This document shows, piece by piece, positions 53,700 through 64,000 of a DNA stretch of 64,000 nt. The stretch is taken from NCBI GenBank assembly GCA_951406725.2, contig OX597832.1:124001-188000 (forward strand), in the 5' to 3' direction. The notes beneath the pieces were generated by a model that saw nothing but the letters and a program-made list of their open reading frames with translations, was not told the DNA's origin and made no database searches. This stretch comes from Octopus vulgaris. Lineage: Eukaryota. The translations under genes were made by a program, and so were the position numbers. Each line of letters begins with the position of its first letter. Position 1 is the stretch's first letter.

Positions 53700-55640
53700 T
53701 CAAATATAGTAGTGTATGAAATATATATGAAGAGAAAACCACCGTGTGGATTTCTTACATGCTAAAAAGGCAGACCAAAGCCCAAAACCTTGTAAAACAT
53801 TCTTACATGTCGTTTGTATGTGAGCAAGATATTTAAGTGAATGAAAATTTCAGTCAATCTTATAATCATGTGTTTCACCATTAATGACCAAATGAATCAA
53901 CTAATAACTTAACTAATTGATTAATTAGTCGTTTGTAACTCATCAGTAAAGTCGTTGTAAAATGTATAAATATAAGACTAGAATACATACGGAAAACACA
54001 AAGCAAGCACATGTACATTCAGTTCCATCTTTATACATCAAGAATTCAAATCAAATGCCTTCAAGCAACGTGTCAAGCCAGAGTAGTATAGCAGTGAATA
54101 AATTCAAATGTATACTATCCGGCCAAAGAATTTAAATATTTAACTTTATAAATTCAAGGGTAAAAATTATTAAATAATTTATACATAATAAAAGTGAGAA
54201 GACATAAATATTTTTAGATATAATAGTGTGTGAAATATACACGGAGAGAAAACCACCATGTGGATTTCTTACATGCTAAAAATGGCAGACCAAAGTCCAA
54301 AACCATGAAAACACATTCTTACATTGAAGTACGTGTAACGAACTTAGTGAATATATCTTCTCTTGTACTTTCGGGGTACAAGAAAGCAATCACTAGCCGT
54401 TGCTTTAATAATCCAGAATTCTACCAGTCAGAAACAACAAGACGCAGACGTAAATAATATATATACTACTTTATTCTCTAATGTGGTAACAGTAACAATA
54501 AGTGGTTATCTGGTATCCCTTTGGTATAAAGGTGTCGTGCTGAACCTTATCACTACATACGTTTATACATAAGCAAGATATTTGAGTGAATAAAAATTTC
54601 AGTTAACCTTATACTCATGAGTTTCACCATTAATGACTAAATAAATCAACCAATGAGTTAATTAGTCATCCATAGCTCATATATTTAAACATACCATCCG
54701 GCTGAAGAATTTAAAGATTTTACAAGGGTAAAAATTATTGAATAATTGATATAAATTATTCAATAATTTTTACCCTTAATAAATAATTTTACCCTTAATA
54801 AAAGTCAGAAGACAAATATTTTAAAATATAATTGTGTGTGAAATATATATGGAGAGAAAGCCACTATGTGGATTTCTTACATGCAAAAAATGGCAGTCCA
54901 AAGCCCAAAACCATGAAAAAACACTTACATTAAAGTATGTTGTTTGTACACGAGCAAAACGTTTGAGTGAATAAAAATTTCAGTCAACCTTATACTCATG
55001 AGTTTTATCATTAATGACCAAATAAATCAACTACTAAGTTAATTAATTGATTGATTAATCATCTGTAGCTCGTCAGTAAGGTTACTGTAAAATGTACAGA
55101 TGACTAATTAATTAACTTATTATTCTTTTACTTGTTTCAGTCATTTGACTGTGGCCATGCTGGAGCACCGCCTTTAGTCAAGCAATGTAATCCTAGTACT
55201 TAATCTATCAGTCTCTTTTGCTGAACCACTAAGTTATGGGGACGTAAACACACCAGCATCAGTTATCAAGCGATGTCGTAGAAGACACTTGCCCAAGGTG
55301 TCACACAGTGGGACTGAACCCAGAACCATGTGGTTGGTAAACAAGCTACTTACCACACAGCCACTCCTGCAATTTATTTTGTCATTAATAGTGACACTCA
55401 TGAGTATAAGGTTAACTGAAATTTTTATCCACTCAAATGTCTTGCGTGTGTACAAACAATGTTCTTTAATCTAAGAATGTTCTTTTGTTGTTTTGGGCTT
55501 TGGTCTGCATGTAAGAAATCCACACGGTGGCTTTCTCTCTGTATATTTCATACACTGTTATATTTTAAAATATTCATGTCTTCTGACTTTTATTACACTT
55601 GCTAACTACTGATATAAACTTTTTAATAATTTTTACCCTT
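53700..55640 (-). repeat. Tandem array of ~520-610-bp hammerhead-bearing units (2 full, 1 partial, 1 inverted); SINE inserted at 55125-55370
   Basis: gagaaa(a/g)ccac..tgtggatttcttacatgc recurs near 53732, 54246 and 54854, and inverted near 55520. Confidence 0.88.
54986..55083 (-). ncRNA. Type I hammerhead ribozyme; other copies at 53856-53953(-), partial 54605-54680(-) and a split inverted copy
   Basis: aacctta-CTGACGA-long stem II-(G>A)AAAC-tcatga-GTA-taaggtt; 7-bp stem I; palindromic stem III ACTCATGAGT. Confidence 0.75.
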
Positions 55641-55653
55641 GTATTTATTAAGT

Positions 55654-55720
<67 letters not shown>

Positions 55721-56382
55721 ATGTATGTATGTATGTATGTCTGTGTGTTTTCGTAGAATTTTTGGACTAATCCAGTTAAAAGTTGTATTATAAATAGCAG
55801 TTCAGGCCCTTACAGTAAATTTAAAATCTATAGCCCTTTAAAATTTTGTTCATCTTGACGAGGGGGTCAGGTGTGTGTGTGTGGGTCATTGCTTAAGATG
55901 CGTATACCGTGCATGGAAACACGGTATATGTTGGATGTTAAATTACCTTTTGGAATGATTCACGAAAATGTGGTTTAGTTACCAGATTGGATTCATATCA
56001 TGCTCCTGCAATTATCATGGACGACTATATTGACTTTTACATTTTCTATACAATTTTCATAGTTGGGTATAATTTTATTTTATATACTTTTCTCTTTAAA
56101 TTTTTATTCATTTAACTTACTGTAATAATCTTTTTCTAGTCGATTTTTATATACGTTATCTGGGCAGGTCCCGTGTATTTTATATTTTTTCGTGTATGGC
56201 TTTTACTTGGTGTTTGTTTTTTTGACATTTCAGAGCCATGGTATCATTTATATGTAATGAAATGTAGAAATGTGGATATATAAAGTTCATTAACCTGAAT
56301 TCAATGTTTGTTCTTAAATTATATTATTCACATATATATAAACACACACACATATATATGTGTGTATATATATGTGCATGTA

Positions 56383-56426
<44 letters not shown>

Positions 56427-57208
56427 TGTATATATGTATATATCTATTACATATGTGTGTGTTTGTGGTGTTATTAGCTAACTCCTACATTGTTTTATTG
56501 ATTTTAATGCAACTTGACATGTGAGTCGAACTCATGTCCGGAAACCTTGTGACATACTTAGATTGTTGAAAAACATCAATGATATGGCTCTTAATTAATA
56601 AGACTTTTGTCCACAGTTATTGAATATTATGCCTACTCATAATAAATGATAGTTTTTTTTTCTCCAAAATTAATAAATATTAGATTTATAATTCTCTTTT
56701 AATCCAACTTAGTAAAATAATCAATACCTAATAGCCAAGTATAATCTTATAGATCAAAGTGGATACATGTTTGTATATGTTTGTATAAGTGTAAAGGAAT
56801 CTCTGTATTTTCTATAACTATTTAGTATATGGTTGGTCATTGTGACCATTTAGCATTGACCTAGTTTTCTTGATACAAAATCTAATTGCCAAATAGGAGT
56901 AAACTCTAAGACAATATAATCCCCTTTCCACTTTAATTTTCTTTAGGAATAACTTCTGACATTTATTTCACCCCTACCTACTTCTATAAATAGAAAATCT
57001 CTTTTGTCTCCATTCAACAGAATATCCCTCCCCACTTTCTAGCAGTTCAAAATAACTTAAAGTTTATTCTTCAGTCAGAAGATAAATTCTAATACCTTTA
57101 TGTTCTTAACATTCAAATCAACATCTCTGTCTATATATCTACCCTCTTTATAATGTTATCAATTAATATGAAAATAAGTATATGTATTGATGGAAAACCT
57201 CTATAAAC

Positions 57209-57290
57209 GGCTGATGATTGCTCAACATTTTAAAACTATTGTAATACTTACAATGTTTAATAAAATGATGTAGCGTGAAACGATCGTACC
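57209..57290 (+). ncRNA. Type I hammerhead ribozyme with extended stem II
   Basis: gg-CTGATGA-(cattt..attgtaa-tac-ttacaat..aaatg)-GAAAC-gatc-GTA-cc; palindromic stem III ACGATCGT. Confidence 0.72.
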
Positions 57291-57322
57291 AAATTACTGA
57301 AGATATTCTTGTTGCTTATTTT

Positions 57323-57375
<53 letters not shown>

Positions 57376-57393
57376 CATACATACATACATATA

Positions 57394-57426
<33 letters not shown>

Positions 57427-57449
57427 ATATTAAAATTAATCAAACAACA

Positions 57450-58152
57450 CCCTGGGACGAGGTGGTGAAGCACGACCTTCGGACGTTAGGTCTCACCATG
57501 GAAATGACTAGAGACCGAGACCTATGGAAGTATGCTGTGCGTGAGAAGACCCGGCAAGACTAGTGAAGCCATAATCCGTGGCCCCTACCTGGGACGTAGT
57601 CAGTCCACCTGTGCATACCTTCCTTCTTGTGACACTTGTGAAGACCTGTTGAGGCAAGTGAGAATCGAATCAAATCAAATCAAATCGAAGCAAATCAAAA
57701 TAGATGTACATCAATGGAATTTGTATCCTTGTGGTACCAGTGCTGGTGGCACATAAGAAAACCACCCGAACGTGACCGTAGCCAGTACCACAACGACTGG
57801 CCTCTGTGCTGAGGGCACGTAACAAACACCATCCGAGCGTGGCCGTCCGCCAGCCTCGTCTGGCACCTGTGTCGGTGACACATAAGAAAACACCATCCGA
57901 GCGTGGCCGTCAGCCAGCCTCGTCTGGCACCTGTGTCGGTGGCACATAAAAAACACCATCCGAGCGTGGCCGTCTGCCAGCCTCGTCTGGCACCTGTGTC
58001 GGTGGCACATAAAATCACCCACTACACTCTCAGAGTGGTTGGCGTTAGGAAGGGCATCCAGCTGTAGAAACACTGCCAGATCTGACTGGCCTGGTGCAGC
58101 CTTCCTGGTGCTAGCATGGAAAGCGGACGTTAAACGATGATGATGATGATGA
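57450..58152 (+). mobile_element. RTE LINE 3' end with ~60-bp internal tandem repeats
   Basis: [12 protein letters not shown]...WKYAVREKTR; three caccatccgagcgtggccgtc units; (GAT)n tail. Confidence 0.9.
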
Positions 58153-58715
58153 ACACACAAAGTATATCTACGTACTGGAAATAATAGTCAAAAACTCTTA
58201 TTTAAATCACCAAGAAACATTGAAATCAACTGTCCAAAGACAAACGGGCTAAGACAACCTCCCAACGTACATTTAAGTATTTAGACTCATGTGGACTGGT
58301 TCTTGCACCAGCCAAAATAGCCTCAGCTTCCTCAGCATGTGTTACCGTGATAGAGACTCCCAACCCATCGTGTTGAAGTCTGCTGCATGTAATTCGTTTT
58401 GCACCAAAATCAAGGCAGCCACCAGCATGAAAATAATTTCAATATAGAGCAAATAATTCATGGTTTATGAAGGAATAATTTGCGAAGATACCATTGACTC
58501 TGTTATTATCTAGTGTAAGAATTTTAAAATGGTAATAAAAGAATCAATAATATAGGTGATTGCAGACCCCCCTAAAAAGTATTACATAGCTGAAGGATTA
58601 CAATTAAACAAAAGCCCTTCTAAGTATCTCTACCTGCTGGAAATAACAGTCTTCACAAATTATTTTTTCTTGCATTATTTTTTTCTCTTGAATTATTTGC
58701 TCCTTATTGGAATAT

Positions 58716-58759
<44 letters not shown>

Positions 58760-58763
<4 letters not shown>

Positions 58764-59092
58764 TAGAAAAAAACACCTTTTATCAATTCAAAATGAACAA
58801 TTAAATTACACCATCTAGAAAATTACATATAATAGAAATTTGGTTATTCTACCAAATATATACGTATTATTTATTATTTTGCACATTACTTAATCATCGG
58901 TATATTATTGTTATTTTATATTTAATATTTCTATTATATGTAATTTTCTAAATGGTGTAATTTAATTGTTCATTTTGAATTGATAAAAGATGGTTTTTTT
59001 CTAATTTTTATATATATATTATATTTTGTGAAATTTGATTTAGTATTTCTAAATTGAATTTTTCCCTGTAAGTTAGGAATAATTTCCCTCAA

Positions 59093-59188
<96 letters not shown>

Positions 59189-59412
59189 AATTTGAGGGAA
59201 ATTATTCCTAACTTACAGGGAAAAATTCAATTTAGAAATACTAAATCAAATTTCACAAAATATAATATATATATAAAAATTAGAAAAAAAACCATCTTTT
59301 ATCAATTCAAAATGAACAATTAAATTACACCATTTAGAAAATTACATATAATAGAAATATTAAATATAAAATAATAATATACCGATGATTAAGTAATGTG
59401 CAAAATAATAAA
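58760..59412. repeat. Nested AT-rich palindromes centred on (TA)n
   Basis: 58869-59120 is nearly the perfect reverse complement of 59172-59412; 58760-58838 is inverted at 58925-59006. Confidence 0.92.
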
Positions 59413-59431
59413 CAAAAAATATATATATATA

Positions 59432-60653
59432 CAGGGTTTGGACAAAATAATGGAAACACCTTAAAATTTCAAACACATTTATTTTAATATAGGATAGGAG
59501 CACCTTTGACAGTAATTACAGCTTGAATTCTACAAGGTATGGATTCGTACAGTTTCCAAAGGAATTTCTGTCCATTCTTCAGCTAGAACAGTCTCCAGTT
59601 CTTGTAGTGATGATGGTGGAGGATATCAACTCCTTACTTTTTTTTCTAAAATGCAGCATAAATGTTCAATAATATTGAGATCTGGGGACTGTGGTGGCCA
59701 GATAAGATGTTCAACTTCACTAGAATGTTCCTCATGCCATTCAGTAACAACTTCAGCTGAGTGAATTGGGGCATTATCATCCTGAAAGAGTGCATTTCCC
59801 TCCGAAAACAGTTCCGCAACCATAGGATGAATTTGGTTAGATAAAATGCTTAGTCTTGACTATTCATTCTGCCATGAAGGGAAACCATTAGGCAGGCGGA
59901 TTTCCAAGATATAGACCCCCCCCCTCCATCATCACAGATCCTCCTCCATGTTTAACAGTCTGGGTCAAATGCTTCTTTTGGCTGTCTCGACACGTCTCCT
60001 CAGCTGATGGTCAGAAATAAAGTAAAGGATAACTGGTCTGAGAATATAACATTCTTCCACTGCTCTAGGGACCAATTCTGTAGGTTTTTACTCCACTCTT
60101 AAAGCTTTGCAATGTTTCTTTTTGAAAGGAGTGTTTTTTCTGATTGCATCCCTCCATGAAATCCAGCTTTGTGCAACTCCTGTTGAACAGTTTTTGTTGA
60201 AACTGAGTTCTCAAGGTGGTCATTAAGCTCTGCAGTAATTTTGGGAGCTGCACATCTATGAACCTTTCTAACAATTTGCGTAAGAGTCCGACGGTTCCTA
60301 TCTGAAAGTTTTGGTTTACTTCTGGAGTTTTGTTTTGACGAGGAGGTTTTTCCTTCTTTCTCAAAGGCTGTCATTACTTTTGAGACAGTACTTCTTGATG
60401 CACTAAACATTTTGGCTGTTTTCGTTATGCTAACAATTTGACTTCTTTAAAAGTCCAATGGATCTGTTGTTTTAATGAATTTTATTTACCTTTTTCTGCT
60501 GATATCTGAAAAGAAACAGCGATTTTAGCAAAACATAAGCAACACTAATAATAAACCAAAAACAAAAATGAACAAGCTCTTGACGGTTTTCTAGACATTT
60601 CAAAATTATGATGCTACGATGCTAGGTGTTTCCATTATTTTGTCCAACCCCTG
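59432..60653 (-). mobile_element. Decayed Tc1-family transposon
   Basis: TIR caggg(t/g)ttggacaaaataatggaaacacc, TA TSD; FQDDNAPIH and WPPQSPDLNIIEH motifs. Confidence 0.95.
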
Positions 60654-60675
60654 TATCTCTCTCTCTCTCTCTCTC

Positions 60676-60724
<49 letters not shown>

Positions 60725-60809
60725 ATATGTATATATGTATGTATATATATATGTGTATTTGCATATGTATATATATATGTAGATATGTATGTATATATAC
60801 ATGTAGGTG

Positions 60810-61300
60810 ATATGCTGTAATTGAGAAGACCCGGCAACTAAAGTGAGATTGCAGCCACGCATTTCCGGCCCAGTTAAGAGTACCTCTGATGCATCAGGTG
60901 ATATGATATGCTTGAGAAAACCTGTTGAGTCAAGTAAAACCAATATTATAGCTGTGTCCAGTGCTACCTGACTGGCTCCCATGCCAGTGGCACATAAAAA
61001 GCACCATCAAAACATGATTGATGCCAGGTCCACCTGACTGGCTCCCATGCTGCTGGCACGTAAAAAGCACCATCCAAACATGGTTGATGCCAGTACCCCA
61101 TGATTGGCTCTTGTGCCTGTGACATGTAAAAAGCACCTACTACACTCTCGGAGTGGTTGGTGTTAGGAAAAGCATCCAGCTGTAGAAACATTGCCAGATC
61201 AGACTGGAGCCTGGATTCAGCTGCTGGCTCTCCAGTCCTCAGTCAAACTGTCCAACCCATGCCGGCATAGAAGATGGACGTTAAACGAAGATGATGATAA
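60810..61300 (+). mobile_element. RTE-type 3' UTR fragment
   Basis: ggcac(a/g)taaaaagcacc repeats, gcatccagctgtagaaac, (GAT)n-like tail. Confidence 0.8.
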
Positions 61301-61323
61301 TGATATATGTATATATATATATG

Positions 61324-61371
<48 letters not shown>

Positions 61372-61477
61372 GTATATATATATATATGTATATAAACATA
61401 TATTTATATATATATGTTTATATATATATGTATATAAACATATATGTATGTGTGTCACTGTCTTATGACTACTGGTA

Positions 61478-62060
61478 TTGATAGTGGCCCTCTCAGACAT
61501 GCCCTTAGCTGCTCAGATAGCCACCCTTGCTAGCTATGCAAATGATACAAAAGTCTCTCAGACTATACAAAATCCTGGAAATATTGCACATCTGCAACAT
61601 GAGTTGGACACAATACACAGATGGACTGAGGATGACAACATGCAGTTTAATGCAGGAAAATTCTAAGCCCTACGTTTCCAGCACACAAAGCGAAATAACA
61701 TGCAGACAGGTTACACTGGCCTGGGAGGAATTGCAATCCCTGAATCATAATCAGTATGTGTCCTGAGCAATGACACAAGCAATGATGTATCTTTTCAAAT
61801 GCATTTTACCAATTTGGTAATAAAGTGCAGGCACCTAACCTGATGGATCCTCTGAACTTTCAAAACTAGAGAAAAGGAGACATTGATGGCCCTTTGGAAG
61901 ACATATATCCTCAGCCGCTTGGACTACTGCTCCCAACCATGGTCACCACACAATATAAAATTCACGATGGAACTCAAAGGAATCCAACAACTCAAAGGAA
62001 TCCAACAACTAAGAAAATCGTCTCAGTTCCATTTATCAGTTACTAGGAAAGACTATGCAT
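61478..62060 (+). mobile_element. CR1/L2-like LINE RT C-terminal fragment
   Basis: YANDTKV, W..DNMQFN..K, Y.LSRLDYCS..WSP. Confidence 0.8.
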
Positions 62061-62105
62061 CTATCAAAAGGAAAATGATAACCTAAGTTGCACAAGCTTA
62101 TAATT

Positions 62106-62222
62106 AAGCCTGAAGAAGTCCTACCCTCATATAGTTAGAATATGATACCTTTCTTAGCATTTCACCAAATGCTTGGAACTTCTGATCAACTAGGTGATAG
62201 GACTGAAACATATACGTAGATT
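62106..62222 (+). ncRNA. Type I hammerhead ribozyme with a ~75-nt stem II insertion
   Basis: aagc-CTGAAGA-agtccta...taggact-GAAAC-atatac-GTA-gatt. Confidence 0.68.
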
Positions 62223-62694
62223 CCTTTATTTTATTTTTTGAGCTTTACAACTTGTAATCAATTTATTTGTACTGTTACGTTCTTTAAAAGAAACTTTCAT
62301 CATTTTATAACATACAAATAAATTATTCATACATCCATTTTTCCTTCAATATTGATAATATATAATTTCAATAATCCCTTACATATACCAATGACTTTCA
62401 CATAATATGATAGGGATTCACCAATGGAATACCTTGGATTATATAATCCCTAATGAGGATATAACTTTGTGGAATTAACTGTTTGTATATATATATATTT
62501 ATATATACATATATATGTATATATATCAGTAAATACTGGGGTTGTGTTAACCGCACGTAGAGAAATGATAAGAGAGGAAAAATTATAATGAGGCAGAATG
62601 CTAATTTGAAAGTAAATTTTAATAAAAATGTGTGTATGAAAAATTAAAAAAGAAAAAATGATAAGTCAAATAATATGGAATGCTTCACGGATTT

Positions 62695-62799
62695 GCACTA
62701 GCTACGGCAGTACATATGCTAAAATTGGAACAGTATAGAGATTAGCATGGCCCCTGCGCAAGGATAACATCCAAATTCTTGAAGCGTTTCATATTCTTT
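62695..62799 (+). pseudogene. U6 snRNA pseudogene inside an inverted-repeat element
   Basis: cggcagtacatatgctaaaattggaac...gattagcatggcccctgcgcaaggat...aaattc.tgaagcgtt.catatt matches U6. The ACAGAGA box is disrupted. Confidence 0.93.
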
Positions 62800-62933
62800 G
62801 ATTTATTTTTTAATTTTTTAATTTTTCATACATCCATTTTTATTAAAATTTACTTTCAATTTAGCATTCTGCCTTATTATAATTTTTCCTCTCCAATGTA
62901 TATATATATTTATATATGTATGTTTATATATAC

Positions 62934-63006
<73 letters not shown>

Positions 63007-63009
63007 TGG

Positions 63010-63195
63010 TATTCGCCATGATAGATCGCTATGTACTACACATTCTTTATTTTCTCTCCTTGTTTCTTTCTGTGCTCCTTTCTGTGGAAGAGCGTAGGCT
63101 CGAAATGTTAAAGACTTTTTCACTTCCCAAGCGTTAAACTAATACATCTGTTTGTTGTCTACATCACCTGTCTTTGTCTTTTGTTTTATGAGTTT
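63010..63195 (+). mobile_element. Penelope-like 3' terminus with variant hammerhead
   Basis: Homologous to 31436-31615. Confidence 0.75.
63078..63113 (+). ncRNA. Variant minimal hammerhead (CUGUGGA core); decayed copy at 31500-31534
   Basis: cttt-CTGTGGA-a-gagc-gtag-gctc-GAAAT-GTT-aaag. Confidence 0.55.
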
Positions 63196-63199
63196 CTTT

Positions 63200-64000
63200 G
63201 AAAGCCTGGCCTTATGTCCTTTTCCCTCCTTCTAGAAGTATATCCTTCCATGCTTTTCCACTTTTGGGTACTCTCCCCTATTATATCCCTCGATCTTCTC
63301 CTTGAGTGCTGCGTTTATGACACCGAAGATTTGATTGTGACGCCATTTATATCTGTCTAGTGCAGTTTGACAGAACATGTCTCACCGTCGCTTTCTCTCT
63401 GCATCTACATTCATCAGTTGTTAGTATATTCCACTGGACTAAATTGGCCGGTGAAGGTAAAACGTCGAAGGCAGACTTGATTAGGAAGGTTCTTGCTTGT
63501 TCCCAAGCCCAGAGTTTCTTCCATGAGATTCTGCAACTGACCACATATTCCTCCAATCTCAGGCACTGTCCCTGTTGACTACATTGTACTAAATGTACAT
63601 TTCACTTTTCTTCTTCCTCTGTTCTTACTTCGTGCACCACTGCCTCTTTCATCTCTTTTACACTACTCATGCAAAATGGCTTGAAATTGTGCAACCCTAG
63701 ACCAGCTCTTGCTTCTTGCATCGCTCCAACTATATTGGCATGCCTTAACTTTCTGATCGCCCTGTTTACTGCCTCTTCCGCTTTCCATTTCCTCCCTGTT
63801 CGTACCTTTGGTGGGTTTTCTCAGATGTTCTGATCTTTCACATACCTTGCATCATTACTGTCCTTGCTTTTCCTGCCTTATATTTTTTAGTGATGGATGT
63901 TATCGGTAGTTGCAGCACAGGTTTTCCATATAGTGCAGTTGTATTCAGTGGTTTTGAAAGACCAAGCCATTTTCTGATAAACACACTGCATCTTTGTTCC
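63200..64000 (-). mobile_element. Non-LTR retrotransposon with restriction-like endonuclease (HERO/NeSL-like), decayed, runs off the window
   Basis: FLIKSAFDVLPSPANL.QW...C.C...T.RHVLS.C zinc knuckle, then WRHNQI; upstream GRKWKAEEAV and GQCLRLE. Confidence 0.75.

Noticed and set aside
57830-58010. CRISPR-like repeat array
   Set aside because: Eukaryotic context; tandem units lack unique spacers and lie in an RTE 3' UTR.
62695-62799. Functional U6 gene
   Set aside because: ACAGAGA box is broken, there are several substitutions, and upstream is an inverted copy rather than a PSE/TATA promoter.

Overview
AT-rich, repeat-saturated animal genomic DNA. The repeat repertoire (tRNA-SINEs, RTE LINEs with (GAT)n tails, mariners, (TA)n/(CA)n microsatellites) suggests an octopus or other coleoid cephalopod, which is an inference. 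The only host gene is WTAP/fl(2)d, the regulatory subunit of the m6A writer complex, on the + strand. Four internal coding exons are present (7401-7456, 9944-10008, 35738-35865, 43589-43767); the start exon and the 3' exons were not found in the window. The introns hold mariner/Tc1, piggyBac-like, Helitron, RTE, CR1-like, HERO-like and Penelope-like (PLE) elements, often nested. Most ORF-track entries are TE debris or microsatellite translations. Main observations: (1) about a dozen minimal type-I hammerhead-like motifs on PLE-type ends, including a tRNA-headed hammerhead palindrome and a tandem retrozyme-like array, plus a U6-headed element with similar inverted architecture, suggesting Pol III-headed non-autonomous elements mobilised by Penelope/Naiad; (2) a TE-poor zone after the last WTAP exon holding a structured element with a U1-like CTTACCTG and a candidate poison exon whose 5' splice site abuts a perfect hairpin containing GGAC(T), a possible m6A feedback switch; (3) a ~785-bp WTAP intron segment copied into a mariner, a gene-conversion-like tract between inverted repeats, and a twin-priming-type inverted RTE.
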